49,326 nt of DNA. Origin: Comamonas sp. lk. Its GTDB lineage: Bacteria > Pseudomonadota > Gammaproteobacteria > Burkholderiales > Burkholderiaceae_C. Shown here one piece after another: positions 30,066 through 39,315 of the stretch. Each line of letters starts with the position of its first letter. Position 1 is the first letter of the stretch. Location: assembly GCA_945875225.1 (NCBI GenBank), contig CAMCJY010000001.1:1-49326 (forward strand). Reading direction: 5' to 3'. Under the pieces are notes generated by a model. It was given only the letters and a program-made list of their open reading frames with translations. It was not told where the DNA came from and made no database searches. The position numbers were made by a program, and so were the translations under genes.

Positions 30066-30850
30066 AGCGCAGCGAAGCCCCGGCCCTCGATGTTCGCCTG
30101 ATGAACGCAGCGGCTATCGTTTTATTTGTAGTGTTTGTACTGGCCTGCGCGCTGGCGCTGACACGCTGGGTCGCCACGCACCAGGTGTTTGCATTTCAAG
30201 GTATCACCGTCATCGGCGATGTCAGCCATTGCAATGCCGCCACCGTGCGCGCGCATATGGTCTCCCGCGTGAAGGGCACTTTTTTCAGCATGGATTTGGG
30301 CAGCACCCGCGATGCCTTTGAAGCCATTCCCTGGGTGCGCAAAGCGGTGGTACACCGCGACTTTCCGAACCACTTGCGCGTTAAGTTGCAAGAGCACCAG
30401 GTGGTCGCTTATTGGGGCGATGAAAGTGAACAGCGCCTACTCAATAGCTATGGCGAAGTGTTTGATGCCAATGCCGGGGAAGTGGAGCAATACGGACTGC
30501 CGCGCCTCAATGGCCCGAAAAACCAGAGCGCGCTGGTGCTAGCCGCCTACCGATTGATAGAGCCACAATTTTCCGCGTTTAACCTGACGATCGAAAGCCT
30601 GGACTTAAGCGTGCAGGGCAGCTGGCGCATAGCCCTGACCGGTGGCGCCCTCATCGAAGCCGGGCGCGGAGACAGCCAAGAGCTGGCCAAGCGCACCCAG
30701 GCGTTTTTGCAAACCCTCTCGCGCGTAGTGGCCCGCTACAGCCGGCCCCTGGGCGCCTTGGAATCGGCCGACTTGCGGCATGAAAACGGTTATGCCATCC
30801 GCTTGCGTGGCGTCAACACGATAGCGACAGCACCTTCCCCCACTCCATGA
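30062..30850 (+). CDS. ftsQ: Cell division protein FtsQ
   Basis: TM plus POTRA ([13 protein letters not shown]) and ADLRH..GYA; ATGA overlap with ddl. Confidence 0.94.
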   Translation: MKRSEAPALDVRLMNAAAIVLFVVFVLACALALTRWVATHQVFAFQGITVIGDVSHCNAATVRAHMVSRVKGTFFSMDLGSTRDAFEAIPWVRKAVVHRDFPNHLRVKLQEHQVVAYWGDESEQRLLNSYGEVFDANAGEVEQYGLPRLNGPKNQSALVLAAYRLIEPQFSAFNLTIESLDLSVQGSWRIALTGGALIEAGRGDSQELAKRTQAFLQTLSRVVARYSRPLGALESADLRHENGYAIRLRGVNTIATAPSPTP

Positions 30851-30875
30851 TGAATAACACAACAGGTAACTAGCT

Positions 30876-32105
30876 ATGGCCCGCGAATACAAAGACTTAG
30901 TCGTTGGACTGGACATCGGAACCGCCAAAGTGATGGCGGTAGTGGCCGAGGTGCTGCCCGACGGCAGCCTGCGTCTGGCAGGTTTTGGCTCGGCGCCTAG
31001 CAGCGGACTCAAGCGCGGCGTGGTAGTCAACATCGATGCCACGGTACACAGCATCCAGCAGGCGCTCAAGGAAGCCGAGTTGATGGCCGATTGCAAAATC
31101 ACCCGCGTCTATACCGGCATTACCGGTAGCCATATTAGGGGCCTGAACTCCAGCGGCATGGTGGCCATCAAAGACCGCGAAGTGAGCCAGGCCGATGTCA
31201 CGCGCGTGGTGGAAACTGCTAAGGCCATCCATATCTCCAGCGACCAGCGCTTACTGCTGGTCGAGCCGCAGGAATTTGTGATAGACGGCCAGGATGTGAA
31301 AGAACCCATTGGCATGAGCGGCATGCGCCTGGAAGCCAAAGTGCATATCGTCACCGGCGCGCAAAGTGCGGCGGAAAACATCATCAAGTGCGTGCGCCGT
31401 TGCGGCCTGGAAGTCGAGCAACTCATGCTCAACCCGCTGGCCTCCAGCCTGTCGGTGCTCACCGAAGACGAGCGCGAACTGGGCGTGGCGCTGGTGGACA
31501 TCGGCGCTGGCACCACCGACATTGCCATCTTCACCAACGGCGCTATCCGCCACACCGCCGTCATCCCGATCGCCGGAGACTTGATTACCAGCGACATCGC
31601 CATGGCGCTGCGCACACCGACCAAGGACGCAGAAGAAATCAAAGTCGAAAGTGGCCACGCCAAGCAAGTGCTGGTGGATCCGGAAGTGCAAGTGGAAGTA
31701 CCCGGCCTGGGCGACCGTGGCCCGCGCATGCTCAGCCGCCAGGCCCTCTCCGGTGTGATCGAGCCGCGCATAGAAGAAATTTTCACCCTGGTCAACCAGG
31801 TCATGCGCGAGTCCGGCTACGAAGAAGTGCTGTCCTCGGGCATTGTGCTGACCGGCGGCAGTTGCCTGATGCCGGGCATGGTGGAGCTGGGCGAAGACAT
31901 TTTTCTCAAGCCGGTGCGCCGGGGCATTCCCCAGTACGCCAATGCCTTGTCCGACATGGTGGCGCAACCCCGCGCCGCCACCGTGATGGGCTTTTTGGAA
32001 GAGGCCCGTATCGCGCGTCTGCGCGGCATCAAAGTGGCCCAAAAAGGCGGCAGCGTGAAGAGCGCATTTGCCCAGATTCGTGATTTTTTTGCAGGAACTT
32101 TCTAA
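30876..32105 (+). CDS. ftsA: Cell division protein FtsA
   Basis: GLDIGT.K, VDIGAGTT, VLTGG, C-terminal amphipathic helix. Confidence 0.98.
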   Translation: MAREYKDLVVGLDIGTAKVMAVVAEVLPDGSLRLAGFGSAPSSGLKRGVVVNIDATVHSIQQALKEAELMADCKITRVYTGITGSHIRGLNSSGMVAIKDREVSQADVTRVVETAKAIHISSDQRLLLVEPQEFVIDGQDVKEPIGMSGMRLEAKVHIVTGAQSAAENIIKCVRRCGLEVEQLMLNPLASSLSVLTEDERELGVALVDIGAGTTDIAIFTNGAIRHTAVIPIAGDLITSDIAMALRTPTKDAEEIKVESGHAKQVLVDPEVQVEVPGLGDRGPRMLSRQALSGVIEPRIEEIFTLVNQVMRESGYEEVLSSGIVLTGGSCLMPGMVELGEDIFLKPVRRGIPQYANALSDMVAQPRAATVMGFLEEARIARLRGIKVAQKGGSVKSAFAQIRDFFAGTF

Positions 32106-32270
32106 ATGAAAAACTCCCCGCTCGCGCGCCGCCGCACTTGGCTCCACTGCACTTCGCTTTATCTTTGGATGGCACGCGCTGGGCCGCCGCCAGACCCTGT
32201 TTGTTTTCTCAAGCCTTTCTCATTTTTTTCCATCGCCACGCATACCTTAGGAGCCTCACATGACCATTGA
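32106..32270 (+). CDS. Candidate 54-aa uORF of ftsZ with RAGPPP arrest-like motif
   Basis: ATG directly after the ftsA TAA; MKNSPLARRRTWLHCTSLYLWMARAGPPPDPVCFLKPFSFFSIATHTLGASHDH*; stop lies inside the ftsZ 5' end. Confidence 0.45.
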   Translation: MKNSPLARRRTWLHCTSLYLWMARAGPPPDPVCFLKPFSFFSIATHTLGASHDH

Positions 32271-33549
32271 ACTCATCGAAGAAGAAATCTTCAACCAGGG
32301 AACCCTCATCAAAGTCATTGGCGTGGGCGGCGGCGGCGGCAATGCGGTTGAGTACATGATTCAGTCGCACGTGACGGGCGTGGAATTCATCTGCGCCAAC
32401 ACCGATGCGCAGGCACTGAACCGAAGCACCGCACACCGTACGATTCAGCTAGGCGAAACCGGTCTGGGTGCAGGCAGCCGCCCGCACAAAGGACGCGCTG
32501 CTGCAGAGTTGGCCGAAGCGGACATCCGTAGCGCTATTGAAGGCGCCAATATGCTGTTTATTACCGCCGGCATGGGCGGTGGCACCGGCACTGGCGCCGC
32601 CCCCATCATTGCGCGGGTGGCCAAGGAAATGGGCATCTTGACCGTAGGCGTGGTGACCAAGCCTTTCGAATTTGAAGGCGGCCCGCGCATGAAAAACGCG
32701 GACGAAGGCCTGGCCGAGCTGGAAGCCAATGTCGATTCGCTGATCGTGGTGCTCAACGAAAAACTGCTCGAAGTGCTGGGCGACGATATCAGCCAGGATG
32801 AGGCCTTTGCCTATGCCAACGATGTGTTGAAAAACGCCGTAGGCGGCATTGCCGAGATCATCAATGTGCCTGGCCATGTGAACGTGGACTTTGAAGACGT
32901 GCGCACCGTGATGGGCGAGCCCGGTAAAGCCATGATGGGTACCGCCCTGGCCAAAGGCCCAGACCGTGCGCGCATCGCGGCCGAACAAGCCGTGGCCTGC
33001 CCGCTGCTCGAGGGCATAGACCTGTCGGGCGCCAAAGGCGTGCTGGTGCTGATCACCGCGGCCAAAGGTTCGCTCAAATTGAGCGAATCCAAGCTGGCGA
33101 TGAACACCATCCGCGCCTACGCCTCGCCCGAAGCGCATGTGATCTACGGTACCGCTTATGACGACTCGCTGGGCGAAGACGTGCGCGTCACCGTGGTAGC
33201 CACCGGCCTGAGCCGGCCGCGCCGCACTGCGCCTCCGCTGCAAGTGCTGCGCACCGGCACTTACGATGCCGCGCCCTCGGCCATGGCCAACACCCATGCG
33301 GCCATGTCCGCAAGTACGATGCAACGCAGCATGGGCAACAGCACCATGGCGTCGGCCTCAGGCATAGGCGGCAGCACCGGCATCAGCGCCCCGGCACCGG
33401 CGAGCGCCTCCACCGACTACGGCACGCTTCGCACTCCCGCCGTCTGGCGCGGCAGCCGCACCACCGCTGCGCAAAAAGTAGATGCGCTCTCGAGCGGCGG
33501 CATGGACGATTACGAAATCCCGGCCTTCTTGCGCAAGCAAGCGGATTGA
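32260..33549 (+). CDS. ftsZ: Cell division GTPase FtsZ
   Basis: GVGGGGGNA, GMGGGTGTG, NVDFED, C-terminal EIPAFLRKQAD; AGGAG RBS. Confidence 0.99.
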   Translation: MTIELIEEEIFNQGTLIKVIGVGGGGGNAVEYMIQSHVTGVEFICANTDAQALNRSTAHRTIQLGETGLGAGSRPHKGRAAAELAEADIRSAIEGANMLFITAGMGGGTGTGAAPIIARVAKEMGILTVGVVTKPFEFEGGPRMKNADEGLAELEANVDSLIVVLNEKLLEVLGDDISQDEAFAYANDVLKNAVGGIAEIINVPGHVNVDFEDVRTVMGEPGKAMMGTALAKGPDRARIAAEQAVACPLLEGIDLSGAKGVLVLITAAKGSLKLSESKLAMNTIRAYASPEAHVIYGTAYDDSLGEDVRVTVVATGLSRPRRTAPPLQVLRTGTYDAAPSAMANTHAAMSASTMQRSMGNSTMASASGIGGSTGISAPAPASASTDYGTLRTPAVWRGSRTTAAQKVDALSSGGMDDYEIPAFLRKQAD

Positions 33550-33576
33550 TTTTTTCATCGGCCATCGGCGACTTTT

Positions 33577-33626
33577 GTCAAGAGCCGCTCGGTGCGGGCG
33601 CCTAGCCCCATCGATCGGCTCTTGAC
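33577..33626. repeat. Long inverted repeat (stem-loop) between ftsZ and lpxC
   Basis: GTCAAGAGCCG(33577-87)/CGGCTCTTGAC(33616-26) perfect 11 bp, plus inner TCGGTG/CATCGA and GGGC/GCCC stems. Confidence 0.8.
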
Positions 33627-33649
33627 GGGCGCGCTTTTACAATTGACCC

Positions 33650-34573
33650 GTGCTGCAACAAAGAACCCTCAAATCACTGACCCGCGCCGTCGGCGTGGGC
33701 CTGCACAGCGGTCAGCGTGTTGAAATCACCTTGCGGCCGGCAGCGCCCGGAACCGGTATCGTGTTTCGCCGTGTAGACCTTCCCCACCCGGTCGATATCG
33801 CGGTTTCACCGCAAGCGGTCACTGATACGCGGCTGGCTTCTACCCTTTCGCAGGGCGACGCCAAAGTGCATACCGTCGAGCATTTGATGTCGGCCTGCGC
33901 CGGCTTGGGCGTGGACAATTTGTATATTGATATCAATGCCGAGGAAGTTCCTATCCTAGACGGCTCGGCGGCATCATTTGTTTTTCTGCTGCAAAGTGCC
34001 GGCATCGAATTGCAAAACGCGGCGCGCCGCTTTATTCGCGTCAAAGCGCCCATCCGCGTAGAACAGGGCCAGGGAGCCGATCTCAAATGGGCGAGCTTGG
34101 AGCCCTACCATGGCTTTAAGCTGAGTTTTGCCATCGACTTTGCGCATCCGGCCGTGGACTCCACCGGGCAAAGCGTGGAATTTGACTTAAGCCAGGGCTC
34201 GTACGCGCGCGACATTGCACGGGCGCGCACTTTCGGCTTTACCAAGGACGTGGAAATGATGCGCCAAAACGGCCTGGCCTTGGGTGGCGGTCTGGACAAT
34301 GCCATCGTCATGGACGACTACAAAGTGCTCAATTCCGATGGCCTGCGCTATGACGATGAGTTTGTGAAGCACAAGATTTTGGATGCCATGGGCGATCTGT
34401 ATTTGCTGGGCATGCCCTTGCTGGCGCACTACCGCGCCCACCGCTCGGGCCATGCGCTGAACAACCAATTGCTGCGCCAGTTGCAAGCGCAGCCGCAGGA
34501 CTGGGAAGTGCTTACTTTTGACGATGAACGCAGCGCCCCCAAAGGCTTTGCGCAATTGGCACCGGCCTGGTGA
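33650..34573 (+). CDS. lpxC: UDP-3-O-acyl-GlcNAc deacetylase
   Basis: QRTL, GVGLHSG, TVEHL, DGSA, ARTFGF, HKILD, SGH. Confidence 0.98.
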   Translation: MLQQRTLKSLTRAVGVGLHSGQRVEITLRPAAPGTGIVFRRVDLPHPVDIAVSPQAVTDTRLASTLSQGDAKVHTVEHLMSACAGLGVDNLYIDINAEEVPILDGSAASFVFLLQSAGIELQNAARRFIRVKAPIRVEQGQGADLKWASLEPYHGFKLSFAIDFAHPAVDSTGQSVEFDLSQGSYARDIARARTFGFTKDVEMMRQNGLALGGGLDNAIVMDDYKVLNSDGLRYDDEFVKHKILDAMGDLYLLGMPLLAHYRAHRSGHALNNQLLRQLQAQPQDWEVLTFDDERSAPKGFAQLAPAW

Positions 34574-34594
34574 TTGCGCCGCGCAGTGGCAGCC

Positions 34595-35137
34595 TCAGTG
34601 GCTGCGCCCCGACTTGTAACCGGCGCCCGCGCCAATGCCCTGGGCCTTTGCAACGCGTGCCATGGCTGCGCCGGCATGGGCATGGGTAATCGCCAAACCT
34701 AAAGCGTCGGCCGCATCCGGGCCAGGCAGGCCGGGCAGGTCTAACAAGCGGCGCACCATCTCGCGGATTTGCATTTTGTCGGCGCGCCCATAGCCGGCCA
34801 CCGCTTGCTTCATTTGTAATGCCGTGTATTCGGCGACCGGCAATTTGGCATGGACCAAGGCGCTGATCAATGCCCCACGTGCCTGGCCTAGCAGTAAAGT
34901 GGACTGCGGGTTGACATTCACAAACACGATTTCCACGGCGGCGTAATCGGGCTGGTAGCGTTGCACCACCTCGGCCAAACCGTTAAACAAGGCTTCGATG
35001 CGATCGGGCAAGGCCTGGCTGGCCAGGCCTTGGGTGCTGATGGTGCCGCTGGCCACGTAGCGAAGGCTGCTGCCTTGCTGGTCCAGCACGCCAAAGCCCG
35101 TGGTGCGCAGGCCGGGATCGACGCCCAAAATTTTCAT
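34595..35137 (-). CDS. ruvC: Holliday junction resolvase
   Basis: ILGVDPG...TG.G, AVE.VF, GQARG, DAADAL. Confidence 0.97.
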   Translation of the reverse strand: MKILGVDPGLRTTGFGVLDQQGSSLRYVASGTISTQGLASQALPDRIEALFNGLAEVVQRYQPDYAAVEIVFVNVNPQSTLLLGQARGALISALVHAKLPVAEYTALQMKQAVAGYGRADKMQIREMVRRLLDLPGLPGPDAADALGLAITHAHAGAAMARVAKAQGIGAGAGYKSGRSH

Positions 35138-35883
35138 GGTGCGGGGGCGCCAGGCAGGCGGGCGTCGGGCATGCGGGCGACGATGACATTGGCGCGCGCA
35201 TTGAGGTATTCGGAATTAGGCAGTTTTTCAAAGTAGCGTGGCCTAGGCAGCATCACGGCTAAGCGCGCCGCTTCCCAGGGACTGAGTTGCGCCGCAGACT
35301 TGCGGAAATAGTGACGCGCAGCGGCTTCGGCGCCAAACACACCGTCACCCCATTCCACGCTGTTGAGGTAGATTTCCAAAATCCGTTGCTTGCTCAGCAG
35401 CTTTTCCATGAGCAGGGTGATGACCATTTCCTGGGCTTTGCGCACCAGCGTGCGTTCGCCTGACAAAAACAAATTTTTTGCTAACTGCTGGCTAATGGTC
35501 GAGCCGCCAACGACTTTGACCGACCGAGTTTCACGGCTATTTTTGGCTTTGGCCGCCCGCTGTGCAGCGCGTTCTTCCGCCTTGCTGTTTTTCGACCAGG
35601 CTTTTTCCAATGCGGCCCAGTCGATGCCGTCGTGGCTGGCAAAACTGTCGTCCTCGGAGGCGATCACCGCACGCTTGAGCGCCTGGCCCAGTTGCGCATC
35701 CGTCTGCCAGCGCTGGCTCCAACGCACGCTGCCTTGCTCCTGCAGTTGGCGCCAGACTTGCGAGCGCTCAAAACTGCTGGACTGCGGATCCACCCAGGCC
35801 ATGGCTGCAATGCGCAGCGCAAAATACAGTTGCAAACCCAGCAGCGCCAAGCACAACACACCGAGTAATCGCAACAAGGCCAT
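35134..35883 (-). CDS. mtgA: Monofunctional peptidoglycan transglycosylase
   Basis: [29 protein letters not shown]. Confidence 0.95.
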   Translation of the reverse strand: MALLRLLGVLCLALLGLQLYFALRIAAMAWVDPQSSSFERSQVWRQLQEQGSVRWSQRWQTDAQLGQALKRAVIASEDDSFASHDGIDWAALEKAWSKNSKAEERAAQRAAKAKNSRETRSVKVVGGSTISQQLAKNLFLSGERTLVRKAQEMVITLLMEKLLSKQRILEIYLNSVEWGDGVFGAEAAARHYFRKSAAQLSPWEAARLAVMLPRPRYFEKLPNSEYLNARANVIVARMPDARLPGAPAP

Positions 35884-35964
35884 CAGGCAAGCCCCAAGGC
35901 CTGGGAGCGCAAGGCTTCACCGCGGGTGAACGAAAAGCACACCACCGCTTGCGCACGCAAGGTC

Positions 35965-38034
35965 TTAGGCGGGGTCCGGGGTGTCCAGTACATCGACAGC
36001 AATGGTAATTGGGCCGACCAGGTCTTCTTCGTCTTCGCCCTGCACGCCCGACGCAAGCGCTGCAGCATCGCCTGGGTCACCGGCCTCCTGCGGGCTGTCC
36101 AGACGCTCTAGCACGGTGGCGCTCACATCCAGGGTCATCAGGTCAATCGTGCCCAGGCGCAATCGCACTTGCGCACCCCGTGGCAGACCCGCCCCAGCGG
36201 CAATGGCCAGCACCAGCGGCAGCTCGTCGGCGCGGGCCATACCCTCTTTGATCACGGTTGCGACCAGTTCGCTAATGGCGTTCTGGCGCAGGTATTGCAG
36301 CGTCCAAAAGCGCTCCATGGCGGCCTGGTAGCCGTTGTAGGCGGCGTAGGTGGCCTCGAAGGCGGAGATGATGGAAAACAGCTGCGCGTCTTTGGGCTTG
36401 AAGGGCGCGGCCAGCGCTGCAGTACTGCCGTGGCGCACACAGGCGATGATTTGCCATTGGTTCACCAGATCGGTGTAGCGGCGCAGCGGCGAGGTGCTCC
36501 AGGCATAGCTGGGCACGCCGATACCGGCATGCGGCAAGGCCTTGGTGCCCATGCGCACTTTGACGCCCGGCGCCATTGAGGCCTGGCTGCGGTAAATCGC
36601 GGGTACGCCCAGACTGGCGAGCCATTGGCCCCAGGTGCTGTTGGCCAAAATCATGGCCTCGGCCACGATCAGGTCTAGCGGTGCACCGCGCTGGCGCACG
36701 CTGATCTGCACGCTCTCGTTGCCCGCCGGCTCCCCGGCCAGCAGGTCTGGGAGGCGGAAGTTGTAGTCCGGCCGGTTAAAGCTTTCGGGTTTGCCGCGCA
36801 CGATTTCACGCCGGGCCTTATGGGCGCAGGCAAAGCGGTGCAAAAAGGCCAGCTGTCTATGCAAAGCCGTGGCCGCTGCGCGCTGGCTATCGGCGCTGCC
36901 ATCGTCGGTAGCTTGCGCCGCTTGCAGCCATTCCTCGGTGACTAGGCTGTCGAGCTGGTCGTGGCGCAGGTTGTGGCTGATGGGCAGGCTTTCGATGCGG
37001 GTTTCGCTGTGCTTTATTTCCAGGGTCTGCTCGTCCAAGGTGACATAGAGCGAAAGCGCCGGGCAGTGGCGACCTTGCTGCAAGGTATAGACCTGCACCA
37101 GCGCATCGGGCAGCATGGTCAGCTTGTATCCCGGCATATAGACGGTGGACAAACGGTGACGGCCCAGTCGGTCGATATCGCTATCGGGCGCAATAGCCAG
37201 GCCGGGGGCAGCAATATGCACCCCCATAGTGACCGTGCCGCTACCCAGGCCTTGTAGCGACAAAGCATCGTCGATTTCGGTGGTGGCCGAGTCGTCAATC
37301 GAAAAAGCGGCTACCGGCGCCAGCGGTAACTCATCCGCGGGCGCAACCGCCGCCATCGCGGCAAAAGCCGTGCCCTGCGGAAAGTTTTCCAGCAAAAAGC
37401 GCTTCCAATGGAACTGGTACGGCGAATCGATGGCGCCGCTGGCTAGTAGTAAATCCAAGGGTGCAGTGCGGCTGTCACGCGAGGCTTGCACCACGGCTTT
37501 GTATTCGGGCGCGTTTTTATCTGGCTTGAACAGAATTTTGTAAAGCTGCGCGCGCACCGGCGCGGGGCAGTGGCCTTGGGTAAGCTCATGCGCCCATTGC
37601 GCGATCAACTCGGTTTGCAGGCGCTTTTTTTCAATCGCTGCCAAGGCTTGGGCCACGATGTCGGCAGGCGCTTTGCGGAACAAGCCTTTACCCGCACGGC
37701 GGAAATAATGCGGCGCTTCAAACAAGCGCATCAGCATGCCCGCTTGCTCGAGCACGCTGGCTTTGTCGCTGAAGTAGTCGCGCGCCAAATCGGCAAAACC
37801 GAAATCACCCTCTGGGGAAAACTCCCAGGCCAGCTCCAACTCCACCGCTTGGCTGATGGCAAGCGCCTGCTCCATAAATTGCGCAGGCGCAGGTTTATCA
37901 AAGCGCAGCATCACATTGGCAAGCTTGACCTTGAGGCGCTTGCCACTGTCAAGCTCCACTTGCACCGTGGCATCGCTTTCGGACAAGAGCCTTGCAGCCA
38001 AGAATTTTCCAGCTTCATCAAACATCAGGTACAT
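35965..38034 (-). CDS. RNB-domain exoribonuclease (RNase II family)
   Basis: SIDDSATTEIDDALS, HIA, EAMILAN, TSPLRRYTDL; start trimmed to ATG 38034. Confidence 0.93.
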   Translation of the reverse strand: MYLMFDEAGKFLAARLLSESDATVQVELDSGKRLKVKLANVMLRFDKPAPAQFMEQALAISQAVELELAWEFSPEGDFGFADLARDYFSDKASVLEQAGMLMRLFEAPHYFRRAGKGLFRKAPADIVAQALAAIEKKRLQTELIAQWAHELTQGHCPAPVRAQLYKILFKPDKNAPEYKAVVQASRDSRTAPLDLLLASGAIDSPYQFHWKRFLLENFPQGTAFAAMAAVAPADELPLAPVAAFSIDDSATTEIDDALSLQGLGSGTVTMGVHIAAPGLAIAPDSDIDRLGRHRLSTVYMPGYKLTMLPDALVQVYTLQQGRHCPALSLYVTLDEQTLEIKHSETRIESLPISHNLRHDQLDSLVTEEWLQAAQATDDGSADSQRAAATALHRQLAFLHRFACAHKARREIVRGKPESFNRPDYNFRLPDLLAGEPAGNESVQISVRQRGAPLDLIVAEAMILANSTWGQWLASLGVPAIYRSQASMAPGVKVRMGTKALPHAGIGVPSYAWSTSPLRRYTDLVNQWQIIACVRHGSTAALAAPFKPKDAQLFSIISAFEATYAAYNGYQAAMERFWTLQYLRQNAISELVATVIKEGMARADELPLVLAIAAGAGLPRGAQVRLRLGTIDLMTLDVSATVLERLDSPQEAGDPGDAAALASGVQGEDEEDLVGPITIAVDVLDTPDPA

Positions 38035-38083
38035 GGCTGGATTGTCCCATGGCGTCTTGCGGGGGCGGCGCGATAATCCGGCG

Positions 38084-39238
38084 ATGTCCACTTCCTTTGG
38101 CAAAGTCTCGCTGCGCAGTCGCTTCATGCCCTTATGGGCCGGCCTGGACGGGCCCTTGGCCTTTATCGTGTTTTGTCTCGCCTCTGCCGGTATGCTGGTG
38201 ATGTATTCCTCCGGCTATGACTTCGGCAGCCGCTTCTCTGACCATGCGCGCAATATGCTGATTGCCGCCACCGTGATGTTTGTCGCCGCGCAAATTCCAC
38301 CGCAGCGCTTAATGACGCTTGCCGTACCGCTGTACATCTTGGGCGTGGCCCTTTTGATCGCGGTAGCAATTTTCGGCGTGACCAAAAAAGGTGCGCGCCG
38401 CTGGCTCAATGTCGGCCTGGTGATTCAGCCCAGTGAGATTTTGAAAATTGCCATGCCCTTGATGCTGGCTTGGTGGTTCCAAAAGCGCGAAGGCCAGCTG
38501 CGCCCCTTGGACTTTGCGGTGGCCGGGGTACTGCTGGCGCTACCCGTGGGCCTGATCCTGCGCCAGCCCGATTTGGGTACCGCCCTGCTGGTATTGCTGG
38601 CGGGTCTGTCGGTGATTTTTTTCGCCGGTGTGGGTTGGAAATGGATTGCTCCGCCTGTGGTGTTGGGACTGGTGGGCGTGGTGCTACTGATCGCTTTTGA
38701 GCCGGCGCTTTGCGCCGACGGTATGCGCTGGTCGGTCTTGCACGACTACCAGCAGCAGCGCATCTGCACCCTGCTGGACCCCACGCGCGACCCGCTGGGC
38801 AGGGGTTTTCACATCATCCAAGGCATGATCGGCATCGGGGCTGGCGGCTTTTGGGGCACCGGCTTTATGCAGGGCACCCAAACCCATCTTGAATTTATTC
38901 CCGAACGCACCACCGATTTCATCTTTGCCGCGTTTTCCGAAGAGTTCGGCCTGTTTGGCAATCTGTTGCTCCTGGGCGGCTTTATTGCACTGATATTGCG
39001 CGGCCTGGCGATTGCGCTGGAAGCGCCGACCCTTTTTTCGCGCCTGCTTGCAGGCAGCGTATCCATGATTTTTTTCGCCTACGCCTTTGTCAACATGGCC
39101 ATGGTCAGTGGCATCTTGCCCGTCGTGGGTGTGCCCCTGCCCTTTATTAGCTATGGCGGAACCGCTATGGTGACACTGGGCTTTGCCTGCGGCATCCTGA
39201 TGTCTATTGCCAACGCCAGGCGATTGGTGCAGTCCTGA
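38084..39238 (+). CDS. rodA: SEDS polymerase RodA
   Basis: GARRWL, QPSE, QPDLGT, PERTTDFIF, PVVGVPLPFISYGG; start trimmed to ATG 38084. Confidence 0.95.
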   Translation: MSTSFGKVSLRSRFMPLWAGLDGPLAFIVFCLASAGMLVMYSSGYDFGSRFSDHARNMLIAATVMFVAAQIPPQRLMTLAVPLYILGVALLIAVAIFGVTKKGARRWLNVGLVIQPSEILKIAMPLMLAWWFQKREGQLRPLDFAVAGVLLALPVGLILRQPDLGTALLVLLAGLSVIFFAGVGWKWIAPPVVLGLVGVVLLIAFEPALCADGMRWSVLHDYQQQRICTLLDPTRDPLGRGFHIIQGMIGIGAGGFWGTGFMQGTQTHLEFIPERTTDFIFAAFSEEFGLFGNLLLLGGFIALILRGLAIALEAPTLFSRLLAGSVSMIFFAYAFVNMAMVSGILPVVGVPLPFISYGGTAMVTLGFACGILMSIANARRLVQS

Positions 39239-39315
39239 GGCAGCGTCCTAGCGCGGGCGCCGCTCACCTTGCCCCGTCAGCGACAAGGCCATGGAGCCCC
39301 GCCTAGAATGCGTGG

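Noticed and set aside
33250-33480. Ser/Ala/Met-rich low-complexity stretch in FtsZ
   Set aside because: The normal variable disordered C-terminal linker
37856-38127. Apparent head-to-head overlap of rodA and RNase II ORFs
   Set aside because: Artefact of longest-ORF starts; the likely starts at 38034 and 38084 leave a 49-bp gap
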